From the IMG/VR virus record IMGVR_UViG_3300046615_000228, positions 1 through 41,785 of that record: DNA of 41,785 nt; one strand, 5' to 3'. Under the pieces are notes generated by a model. That model ran no database searches and was not told the DNA's origin. It saw only the letters and a list, made by a program, of their open reading frames with translations. The stretch's first letter is position 1. Each line of letters begins with the position of its first letter. A program made the translations under genes and the position numbers. This document shows, piece after piece, positions 1-7,542 of this stretch. Origin of the DNA: a virus.

Positions 1-127
1 CGGACTTCTGCCCGATGTAATCCATCATTCCGAGAATGTCAGCCATCAGGAATAGCCCCCTGCGCCGTAGGCGTTCTGCCAGTTAGCGCCGCTCGCCGTT
101 GTGGGTGCCGCCGCATACGGGCTGCCG
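1..127. repeat. Terminal overlap copy 1, identical to 41659-41785. Marks circular closure of the contig.
   Basis: Read directly: both ends read cggacttctgcccgatgtaatcc...gcatacgggctgccg over 127 nt. Joining them makes genes 46..732 and 40343..41704 adjacent with a TGATG stop/start overlap. Confidence 0.9.
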
Positions 128-732
128 TAGGTCGGCTGCTGACGGCCCGCCATGTAGCCCTGCCACAAGCCGCCGAGAGCGCCAGCCGTGCCCGCTGCGA
201 ACTGCGCGTTGTTGTTGTAGCTGGACGCGCGTGCGTTGCCTGCGCCTGCAAGGCCCTGCTGAATGCTGTTGGCCGAGTTAGCGCCCAGCGCGCCAAGGCC
301 CTGCCCGGTCGTCTGGCCCTGATTGGCAAGCGACTGCAACCGGTTGTAGTAAGCGTTGTAATTCTGCGAGGCCAAGCCCTGCCCGAACTTCATAAGGTCC
401 GCCGAGTGGCCGCCGCTGTAGAGACCACCACGCGCAGCCGCAGAGCGGTCTAGTCCCTGCATTCCCTGGTCGAAGGCAAACTGATAATCCGGCGACTTGT
501 TGAACGCCGTCATATCGCCCGCGTTCAACCGCTGCATCTGGCTCAGCGCGTCGCCGCCAGCGTTCAGCCACGGCATCTGATCCTGTCGCGACAGGTCGTA
601 TTGCCTGCGCTGTTCGTCAACGCCTGCCATCTCGCCAGCCGCCGCAGCACTCGCGCCCTTGTTCGCTTGGTGGCTTGCAACAGCGCCACCCACGACGGTC
701 ACAGCCGCCGCGCCAACCATTCCCCACGTCAT
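46..732 (-). CDS. Internal virion / DNA-ejection protein, the first of three. Gly/Ala/Gln-rich.
   Basis: 228-aa ORF. Hydrophobic N-terminus (MVGAAAVTVVGGAVA) and a low-complexity G/A/Q/N-rich C-terminal half. ATGA overlap with the cupin gene upstream and TGATG overlap with the 453-aa gene across the junction. Size and position resemble P22 gp7 (about 229 aa as I recall). Confidence 0.7.
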   Translation of the reverse strand: MTWGMVGAAAVTVVGGAVASHQANKGASAAAAGEMAGVDEQRRQYDLSRQDQMPWLNAGGDALSQMQRLNAGDMTAFNKSPDYQFAFDQGMQGLDRSAAARGGLYSGGHSADLMKFGQGLASQNYNAYYNRLQSLANQGQTTGQGLGALGANSANSIQQGLAGAGNARASSYNNNAQFAAGTAGALGGLWQGYMAGRQQPTYGSPYAAAPTTASGANWQNAYGAGGYS

Positions 733-1256
733 GCGTACACTCCCTGTAGCGCGTTGGTTAGCGCAGCCTGTTCCGTTGGCTGCGGGCTGTATTCAATCTG
801 TGCCTCGGGGATGATCGTGTCGGCCTCGATAACTTCCAGGTCCGTCTCATCCGTGGCGTGCATCGTGTAGAACAGGCAATCGCTGTGCGTGTACAGGGCG
901 CGCTTGACGCCTGCGGGCGACTTCCACACCTTCGGGCCGGTGATTCGCTCCATGCCCTTGTCCGTCCAGACAGTGGCCTCACCAGACACCAGCATCACTA
1001 GATGTTCGTGACGGTGCATCTTCCCCACCACCACCGAATCGCCTGCAATCGCCAGCTCCCGCAGGTACATGCCCGGCGCGAAGTAGTGTTCCGGCTTGAA
1101 CTCGATCTGATTCGGCAGCGTTCCGACCGCATCCTGTAGCCGCTTGATCTGGCCCAGCGTCGGATGCTTCGGCATCTCAAACGGCACGACTTCCTTCCGC
1201 CCATACGTCCACGTCCCGAGGTCATAGACCACGGGCTGATTCGCAACTAAGTCCAT
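729..1256 (-). CDS. Cupin-fold protein embedded in the virion operon
   Basis: 175 aa. Cupin-like metal motif GKMHRHEHLVMLVSGE and a second His-containing strand (ALYTHSDCLFYTMH). TAAATG junction upstream and ATGA overlap downstream. Confidence 0.75.
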   Translation of the reverse strand: MDLVANQPVVYDLGTWTYGRKEVVPFEMPKHPTLGQIKRLQDAVGTLPNQIEFKPEHYFAPGMYLRELAIAGDSVVVGKMHRHEHLVMLVSGEATVWTDKGMERITGPKVWKSPAGVKRALYTHSDCLFYTMHATDETDLEVIEADTIIPEAQIEYSPQPTEQAALTNALQGVYA

Positions 1257-1472
1257 TTATTGCCCCGCCGATTCCGTTTGAATGCTGGCCGCGAGTACGT
1301 CTGCGCGGTAATCGTCCGTAACGCGCCACTGAAAGACGAAGTGCCGCGCAACTCCCCACCTACGGGTGACGCACGGCTTCATGAAGTCGCCAAGTTCGCC
1401 GATGGGAACCTGCCGCCAGTCGGAGAACGTGTGGCCGCCGTCCTTGCTAACGCAAATGTCTATGTAGTTCAT
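1257..1472 (-). CDS. Detached C-terminal segment (71 aa) of a gp10-type tail-hub / DNA-stabilization protein
   Basis: Starts MNYIDICVSKDGGHTFSDW... and ends ...VLAASIQTESAGQ. The ATG at 1472 overlaps the TGA of the 785-aa ORF (ATGA). Pattern S-K-D-G-G-x-T-F ... R-R-W-G-x-x-R ... F-x-W-R-V ... I-Q-T-E matches my recollection of the P22 gp10 C-terminus. The 92-aa track ORF start at 1535 is rejected in favour of the coupled ATG. Confidence 0.7.
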   Translation of the reverse strand: MNYIDICVSKDGGHTFSDWRQVPIGELGDFMKPCVTRRWGVARHFVFQWRVTDDYRADVLAASIQTESAGQ

Positions 1473-3826
1473 GCGCGGGCCTGCCCTACGGAGTACATCG
1501 GGTAATAGGCCGCGAACGTAGAACGCTGGGTCCACGACTGGCCGTTAGTGCTGGTGTAGAGCTTGCCAACGCCACCGGACGACGTGAGCAGGATGAAGTG
1601 CGAGCCCGTCCAGAAGATTTGGACAACCTGCTGCGTCAGCGCCACGCCAGCGTTCACAAACCCGCTACCGCTGTCGTACGCCACCAGCCCGTTATTGGTG
1701 CCAATGACCTTGATGCCGTTTCCGTAGGCGCATGCGGTGATCTGCGTCGCGCTGGTCAGGGTCGGCAGAGTCACAGTGGACACAACGCCCGCCTGCGTGA
1801 CCTTCTTCAGCACGGGCAGCGGGGTCAGCGTCGCGCCGCCGAAGTAGTAATCCGTCCCGTCGGTCATGCCGCAAAGGACGGTCTGGATGCCGTGCAGGGT
1901 TCCAGCCGTCCATGTGGCGGCCGTGTCCGTGGAAAGACGAACGTTGTTCCCGTCGATGCCCGCCAGCTTCCCGGCCGTGCGGTTCAGCGCAACGATGTAC
2001 TTAATCGCGGCGCCGCCAGCGGTGAAGGTCAGACCCTCGTCCGTGGACTTCTGGAGGTTTCCGGTATGCGCGGGCAGGATTAGGGCGCTGTTGGTGTAGG
2101 CATCGAATCCGCCACTAGCCACAGCGCCTGCCGTGACATTCGCAGCGGTCAGCGACCACGCTGCGCCGTAATTCGTGGAGTAGGCAGCCTTTGCAGCCGC
2201 CGCCACGCCTCGACCGAAGTAGCGGCCCGACAAGCCCGTTAGATACGGGGCATTATTGGCGTTGCCAGCGGTGATGACGGGGGCGGTATTCCACGTAATG
2301 CCGTCCGTACTCTGGATCATCACGACGGACGCGCCACTACCAGCAGCAAGCAGCATCGGGCGCGCCGAGATAACCACCGTATCGGCAAGGTCTACGTAAT
2401 CGCCGCCCGCATCGGTCACGCGAACGGTGAAGTTGTAGGTGCCCGCCAGCGTGTAGCCGAACGTAACCGTGCCATCCGTGCCAAGCGTCGCGCCGGTCGG
2501 AAGCGCGCCGGACACAAGGGAATAGGTATGCGGATGCAGGCCGCCCGTTCCGACGTAGCTGTACGTGCCGGAATCGTCCACGTAGGCGTCTGCAAGGCTG
2601 CCCGTAAGCGTCAGCGGGGCATTCAGCGGCGCGGGGAACGGAGACGAATCAGCGGTGATGCCCGTGTCTAGCTCCAGCTTCAGCGCGTTGACAATCAGGC
2701 GGTTGCCGTTGTCATGGATCGGCGGCAGCGTGCCAATACGCTCCAACGGCTGGCCTGCGTCATTGCTCAGGCGCCAATCGAGCTGGTAGAGCGAGCCGTC
2801 CGTGTAATCCAGCCCCATCCATGCACCGGACCAGCGGACGAGGTGCGACATACGCCAGAAGTCCAGGCCGTAGGACTTGCGGCGATGCCACTCGCCCGTA
2901 GCCATATCAAAGCCGAACGTCTGCCCGTCCGTGAAGGTCAGGTAATAGATCTTGTGGCCGCGATCCTCAAACGTGTACGCATAGGCGTCCGCCATGTTGC
3001 AGCGGGCAATGGCCTGTTCGATGGGGTGCGTGGAGATGCGCTGCGGGGTATAGCCGTTCAGGCGGTATACGCTGCCGTCATGGCCCAGCCACACCACAGA
3101 GTTGTCCAGGCGCACGACGGAATGGGCAGCCGCGCAGCCGATCTCCATGCCTGCATCACGGCGCTGAAACGTGCCCGTAGCCGCGCCCGTGTTGTAGAAG
3201 AACTCCGAAGTACGCTCGCCAAGCACGAACACTTCGCCGTGCGTGGTGATGAGCGTGACGATCTTGTCGGGGGCGGTTTCAGCCTCGGCACGGTCCAAGG
3301 TGTTGTAGTCGCCTGCCGCAGCAAGGTCAGACCAAAACCAATAGCGGCCCTGTGGCTCCACGCCAACGATGTACTGGTCTACGAAGTCAAAGACCTTCGC
3401 GCCGGGGAAGCCGTCGTCGGTGATCTGCGCCAGCGAGTCGGTGACAGTGTTGTAGACGTAGCCGGACAGGCCGTTTGCAACGGCGATCTGGTTGCCGTCC
3501 GTGATCTGGTTGTGCGCGATGGAGCAGCGGCCGACGCCTGGAATGGTGCCCAGCGAGGTCATGCCACCGTCAGCGGCCACGCTGTAAAGCGTCTGACCCT
3601 TAACGACGACTAGCAGCCCTTCCGCGTTGTGCATCCCACGGCCAGCCGATTCCACGCCATCGGCAGAGAACAGCGAGCAGCCGGGAGCCTGACGCGGCAT
3701 GATCGGCGAACGCGTACCTTCACGCTCCGCCTTGACCGGGATGTAATTTATATAGCTTTGGGTCGCCCACGGCGTGGCGTCGTCAGCGTAGGCACCGCCG
3801 ACGAAGGGGAGAGGAGTCCAGCGCAT
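1469..3826 (-). CDS. gp10-type tail-hub (packaged-DNA stabilization) protein N-domain fused to an Ig-like domain and an Asp-box (BNR) beta-propeller
   Basis: 785 aa. Residues 1-390 look like the P22 gp10 / phage stabilisation family (YINYIPV..., ...NRLIVNALKLELDTGI). Residues about 415-485 look like a He_PIG/cadherin-like Ig domain (YSLVSGALPTGATLGTDGTVTFGYTLAGTYNFTVRVTDAGG). Residues about 490-785 carry Asp boxes STDGITW, STNYGAAW, STDEGLTF, STDTAATW, STNGQSW. Confidence 0.9.
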   Translation of the reverse strand: MRWTPLPFVGGAYADDATPWATQSYINYIPVKAEREGTRSPIMPRQAPGCSLFSADGVESAGRGMHNAEGLLVVVKGQTLYSVAADGGMTSLGTIPGVGRCSIAHNQITDGNQIAVANGLSGYVYNTVTDSLAQITDDGFPGAKVFDFVDQYIVGVEPQGRYWFWSDLAAAGDYNTLDRAEAETAPDKIVTLITTHGEVFVLGERTSEFFYNTGAATGTFQRRDAGMEIGCAAAHSVVRLDNSVVWLGHDGSVYRLNGYTPQRISTHPIEQAIARCNMADAYAYTFEDRGHKIYYLTFTDGQTFGFDMATGEWHRRKSYGLDFWRMSHLVRWSGAWMGLDYTDGSLYQLDWRLSNDAGQPLERIGTLPPIHDNGNRLIVNALKLELDTGITADSSPFPAPLNAPLTLTGSLADAYVDDSGTYSYVGTGGLHPHTYSLVSGALPTGATLGTDGTVTFGYTLAGTYNFTVRVTDAGGDYVDLADTVVISARPMLLAAGSGASVVMIQSTDGITWNTAPVITAGNANNAPYLTGLSGRYFGRGVAAAAKAAYSTNYGAAWSLTAANVTAGAVASGGFDAYTNSALILPAHTGNLQKSTDEGLTFTAGGAAIKYIVALNRTAGKLAGIDGNNVRLSTDTAATWTAGTLHGIQTVLCGMTDGTDYYFGGATLTPLPVLKKVTQAGVVSTVTLPTLTSATQITACAYGNGIKVIGTNNGLVAYDSGSGFVNAGVALTQQVVQIFWTGSHFILLTSSGGVGKLYTSTNGQSWTQRSTFAAYYPMYSVGQARA

Positions 3827-4461
3827 TAGCGGGTACGGACCCGGAGCGTGCCGCCTGCATACACCCGTGCGCGTTCGCTATGGTTCGCGCCGTCCGCCAA
3901 TTGGCGATACCGGGCCTCCCAAATGGGCATCTTCTCGTTCATGCCGAGGAACAGCGCCGCCTCATAAAGACAGGCGTAGGTGAACAGCTCGGGATAGCGC
4001 GCAAAGGTCGTGGCGTCCGCCCAGTCGGCCACAGTCACGATGCTTTCCGGCTTGCTGTAGTAGCTGCCAATCACGGTGCCGGATGCGGCAGGCCAAAAGA
4101 TCAGCGAATCGCCGTCCTGAGCAGCATAGCGAGACGGGCCGCCCGTGCCAGCGTCCAGCAGATTTCGCACGCGCGACAACGGAACAATGTCCAGCGGCGG
4201 TTCGCCACTGAAATAGACCTCTTTCAGCGCCAAGAGGTCGGCCGGAAGCGCAGCCGCATTCGCCGTGACAGACGCGGAGATGGCCTTAACCATCGTGGAC
4301 GCGCGCAGGCCGTTGGTAGCAGCGTCGCCGTGGTACACGCGGCCCTCGCCCAGCCCCACAATCAGGTCAAGCGTATTGACGCTGAACGTACCGGTTAGCT
4401 CGTCACCTTCGATCAGCCATAGCAGGCTATTTCGGAAGGCGTCATAAGAAGTGAAGTTCAC
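3826..4461 (-). CDS. Head-to-tail adaptor / head completion protein (at the P22 gp4 position)
   Basis: 211 aa. GTG start in a GTGA overlap with the upstream gene and TAATG overlap with the hub gene. Sits between the capsid and gp10-type genes. Function is inferred from synteny only. Confidence 0.65.
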   Translation of the reverse strand: MNFTSYDAFRNSLLWLIEGDELTGTFSVNTLDLIVGLGEGRVYHGDAATNGLRASTMVKAISASVTANAAALPADLLALKEVYFSGEPPLDIVPLSRVRNLLDAGTGGPSRYAAQDGDSLIFWPAASGTVIGSYYSKPESIVTVADWADATTFARYPELFTYACLYEAALFLGMNEKMPIWEARYRQLADGANHSERARVYAGGTLRVRTR

Positions 4462-4751
4462 AGGCGTCCAGTCCAGATGCGAAAGGCAGCGTTATCGGGG
4501 TCTTCCACAAAGCGGGTCTGCATCTTCTGGTCGCGCATGAACTGCGAGAACGTGATGCCCTTCTTCACGCACCAATCGTTAATGACCCAGCCATCAACGG
4601 ACATAGCCAGCTTGTCGTCCTTGCCGTTGCCAGCGCCGATAGAGCGCATGGCCGCGCAGTGGTCCGCCAGGGTGTCCAAGTCGCGCTTGTCCACGGTCGT
4701 CGCCAGAATTAGCTTGTCGTCGTCTTCGTGGTCTGCGATCAGATAGCCCAT
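4458..4751 (-). CDS. Hypothetical head-associated protein (97 aa)
   Basis: Internal ATG at 4751 preceded by GAGGGA. The longer track ORF (to 4883) would run through the capsid terminator and the capsid gene end. Sequence starts MGYLIADHEDDDKLILATT... Confidence 0.6.
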   Translation of the reverse strand: MGYLIADHEDDDKLILATTVDKRDLDTLADHCAAMRSIGAGNGKDDKLAMSVDGWVINDWCVKKGITFSQFMRDQKMQTRFVEDPDNAAFRIWTGRL

Positions 4752-4760
4752 GCGTCCCTC

Positions 4761-4794
4761 AAAATAGAAAGGGGCCGAGATTGCTCCCGGCCCC
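4761..4794 (-). terminator. Intrinsic terminator/attenuator just after the major capsid gene
   Basis: Minus strand reads GGGGCCG-GGAGCAATCT-CGGCCCC followed by TTTCTATTTT. It lies between the capsid stop (4831) and the next RBS. Confidence 0.6.
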
Positions 4795-4830
4795 TGCGCC
4801 CATCCGTGGGCAGTTCCTTCCGTGAAGCTA

Positions 4831-5799
4831 TTACGAACCGGTGACGGTGATATCGCGGATCGCGTACAGCGGCTTTTCGTCACGCACGATCAGCATGGAC
4901 TCCGAACGCACCTGCCAGTTCTTGGCATCACCCACGGTCGCCATCTGCTCCGACTCCTCACCACGCAGCACGCCAGAGGCGAGCTTGTCGGCGTCGATGA
5001 TGTAGATGGTGTCGTTCAGACCCACCACAGCCGTCGCCTGTACGCGGTTCGGGACGATCTTGGTAACGCCGAAGTCCGAGCGGTAGAAGTCGAACGCGAC
5101 ATTGACCACGGCCGCCTGCTTGCTTCCGACTTCGTTAGTACGCTGCACGTTGGCACCGAAGGACGAAATCTTGACCTTGTGGGCCGGGGAGCAGAGGACG
5201 ATGGAACCATCACCGCCGTTCTCGTAACAGCTCTGGATGCCATCCTTAAGCATCGTCTCGGTCAGGGCACGGTCAGTGCCGTTGACGGGGGCGGTGTTGG
5301 TGGTCGGATCAGGCGAGACGCCGGTAGCGCCGAACGAGTCCATCGTGAGGAAGCCGTACAGGCCACGGGTCTTGGCAGCAGCGCCAGAGGTGCCGGTGAC
5401 CGTAGCGCCGGAGCTGATATACGCAGCTTCCTTGTCGCGCTTCAGTTCCAGAAACTTCTTCATCTTGAGGCGCTTGGCCTCCGAGTCGCGGCCGTACTTC
5501 TTGACGCGCTCAGCCGTGTTCGACACCGAAACCGTGTCCTGGAAAATCTGGGTACGGTTGTTCAGCAGGGTCGGCTCGGTCTGCGCCGCGTAGGTGGCGT
5601 CCGCGCCTTCGATGGCGGCACGGGTGCCGTCCGGGGTGCGGTAGGTGTCGCGCTGCCATTCGGTGTAGACGTTGTCCACCGACTGACGCTCAATCATCGA
5701 GATAAGCGGGGCATCGGACGGGTTGAAGTTGTAAATCTGGTCGATTACGTCTTCTTTGACCTTCACAACGGAAGGGGTAATCAGGGTATTGGTCGGCAT
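4831..5799 (-). CDS. Major capsid protein (HK97 fold, SU10/BPP-1-like type)
   Basis: 322 aa, directly downstream of an acidic coiled-coil scaffold gene and followed by a strong hairpin terminator. The composition and length are typical of podoviral HK97-fold capsid proteins. Confidence 0.85.
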   Translation of the reverse strand: MPTNTLITPSVVKVKEDVIDQIYNFNPSDAPLISMIERQSVDNVYTEWQRDTYRTPDGTRAAIEGADATYAAQTEPTLLNNRTQIFQDTVSVSNTAERVKKYGRDSEAKRLKMKKFLELKRDKEAAYISSGATVTGTSGAAAKTRGLYGFLTMDSFGATGVSPDPTTNTAPVNGTDRALTETMLKDGIQSCYENGGDGSIVLCSPAHKVKISSFGANVQRTNEVGSKQAAVVNVAFDFYRSDFGVTKIVPNRVQATAVVGLNDTIYIIDADKLASGVLRGEESEQMATVGDAKNWQVRSESMLIVRDEKPLYAIRDITVTGS

Positions 5800-5811
5800 T
5801 GCTCTAGTCCT

Positions 5812-6747
5812 TTAGAGGAGGTTGGCGAGCGTGTTAACGGACGGGTTGGCTCGGTGAGCCTTCAATGCGTCCTGACGCTTCGCCAGTTGCGGGGGTTGGT
5901 TAGTGGTGCCGGGCTTGGTGACCTTCGGAAGCTGGGCGACAGGCTTCATTTCTGCCTTCTTCGCCAGCAACGCGTCATAGGCTTTCGCCTTGTGGATCAG
6001 TTTCCAAAACCCTTCCTGCACAAACGCCACGTCCACCTTTTCCGGGGTCAGGCCGAGGCCAGCCGCGTACTTGGCGTAATCGTTCAACGTGTCGTCGCTC
6101 CAACCGGGCAGGGTGTCCCGCAACGCCTTTTCGGTCGCATCGGCTTGCTGGGCGATATAGGCTTGGCGTTGCCGCTGCTGTTCGCTCTGCAAGTTGGCGA
6201 TGGCCGTCCGTGCCTGCTCTAACTGGCCCTTACGGTTCTCGTACAGTTCCTTTTGCGCGAGGTAATACGCGGCATCCTGCTGCGCCCATTCGATGGGGGG
6301 CGGGCTGCCGATCTGGCTGGCGTAGAAGTTCTCAAGCGCCTGGAGCTTCCCAAGCGAATCGTTCAACGCCTGTTCGTTCTGCTGACGATGTTCCTCGGCC
6401 TTCGCTTTGACGGCTTCCACCGCCTTACGTTCCTCGGCTACCGCCATCGTTTTCTTGGAGTAGTCAAACCCTTGCTGGGCCATATCGACCAACTCGGACT
6501 GCTTAAGGGTGACTTCCTTGCCATCGTGTTTGATGGTGAAAGTCGCCTCCTCTTGCTCGCCTTCGCCTTCCGATTCGCCTTCTTCTCCGGACTCGACTTC
6601 TTCGGACTCGCCGGATTCCTCGCCTTCCTCACCCGACTCGCCCAGCGCGTCCTCAACAACTTCCTCGCCGCCATCCATCAGCGCGACAAGATCGGTCATC
6701 GTGGCAACGCCTTCGGTCGGCTGGCTTTCGCCGTCACCAACGCTCAT
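5812..6747 (-). CDS. Scaffolding protein
   Basis: 311 aa from the ATG at 6747 (AAGGAAG RBS 5 nt upstream; the track start at 6753 is a GTG). Very acidic N-terminal tract (EEGEESGESEEVESGEEGESEGEGEQEE) followed by a long helical/coiled-coil region. Sits between the portal and capsid genes. Confidence 0.8.
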   Translation of the reverse strand: MSVGDGESQPTEGVATMTDLVALMDGGEEVVEDALGESGEEGEESGESEEVESGEEGESEGEGEQEEATFTIKHDGKEVTLKQSELVDMAQQGFDYSKKTMAVAEERKAVEAVKAKAEEHRQQNEQALNDSLGKLQALENFYASQIGSPPPIEWAQQDAAYYLAQKELYENRKGQLEQARTAIANLQSEQQRQRQAYIAQQADATEKALRDTLPGWSDDTLNDYAKYAAGLGLTPEKVDVAFVQEGFWKLIHKAKAYDALLAKKAEMKPVAQLPKVTKPGTTNQPPQLAKRQDALKAHRANPSVNTLANLL

Positions 6748-6809
6748 AAACACTTCCTTGTGATACTCGGCGGCTCCATTGCCACCGGACTCCCTTTCGG
6801 GGAATTTCG

Positions 6810-6944
6810 TTACAGCTCTACGCGCTCTCCGCTGCTCAACACGGCTAGCGGCTCGCCCTGATACACCTTGGCGTGGCCGTAGATGCCCTTCCAGAGCGCT
6901 CCGACCGGCTCCGGCCAGTACACGATGCAGACCGGAACTGACAC
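6810..6944 (-). CDS. Possible small ORF (44 aa) filling the gap upstream of the scaffold gene
   Basis: GTG start. Sequence VSVPVCIVYWPEPVGALWKGIYGHAKVYQGEPLAVLSSGERVEL. The RBS is weak, and only the tail of the 109-aa track ORF looks protein-like. Confidence 0.25.
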   Translation of the reverse strand: MSVPVCIVYWPEPVGALWKGIYGHAKVYQGEPLAVLSSGERVEL

Positions 6945-6958
6945 GCTCTCAAGCTCGT

Positions 6959-7246
6959 TTAGGCGGCTCTTTGCAGCCTGCCAGTCAAGCGATCGGACAG
7001 GCTGCGCTTGCGCTCCAGCTCCTTCGCCGACACTTGGCCCGACCTCATGGCCGACTCCAGCACTGTCCGCGCCTTGTCCAACATCAGCAGCGCCCGGTGT
7101 ATGTCCTCGCGCTCGTCCTTGTCCCTTGAGTCTCGCCATTTCTTCGTAAACTCCTGCTCGATCAGTGCGTAGCTTTCGGCATAGACGGCGTTATTCAGCA
7201 CGTCCGCCGCCAAGCGTGCGCGGTCAATGTCCTGTTCGTGGCTCAT
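6959..7246 (-). CDS. Hypothetical helical protein (95 aa)
   Basis: ORF between the portal module and the scaffold gene. Charged and helical (…KKWRDSRDKDEREDIHRALLMLDKART…). Confidence 0.65.
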   Translation of the reverse strand: MSHEQDIDRARLAADVLNNAVYAESYALIEQEFTKKWRDSRDKDEREDIHRALLMLDKARTVLESAMRSGQVSAKELERKRSLSDRLTGRLQRAA

Positions 7247-7527
7247 CAGGTCTCCGTGAAGACGCCAAAGCTCGTAGTGCCCGCGCGACGGATAACGCGG
7301 AAGGTGCCAGGACCGGCGATGACCTTCACAGGACGCACGCCCGACAGTTCATCAACCACCACGTCAACGCTAGGCGTATCCATCATGATGACGGCCGAGT
7401 GGTTGCCCGGAATGCCGTTTGCGTCTGCCGTAAACAGGCCGATGCTGACCGTAGCGCCTGCCGCCACAACGACGTCACTAGACGTCGCCAGCGTCGTCCC
7501 CGACGCCAGAATCGTTGCTTGTGCCAT
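7246..7527 (-). CDS. Small beta-rich protein (93 aa), MAQ...GVFTET family. Paralog of 17171..17473.
   Basis: Immediately downstream of the portal gene. Shares MAQ start, G-A-T-V-[SA]-I, and terminal GVFTE[TS] with the 100-aa ORF at 17171..17473. Confidence 0.7.
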   Translation of the reverse strand: MAQATILASGTTLATSSDVVVAAGATVSIGLFTADANGIPGNHSAVIMMDTPSVDVVVDELSGVRPVKVIAGPGTFRVIRRAGTTSFGVFTET

Positions 7528-7542
7528 TTGTATCGTCCTTGA

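Noticed and set aside
4822-6222. 466-aa plus-strand ORF antisense to the capsid and scaffold genes. Similar long shadow ORFs occur at 40319..41713 (+), 2714..3613 (+), 8104..8889 (+), 1598..2083 (+) and 6253..6861 (+).
   Set aside because: They fully overlap well-supported structural genes on the other strand. Their composition is Arg/Gly/Leu/Val-rich and typical of stop-poor antisense frames in GC-rich DNA. They have no RBS or coupling context.
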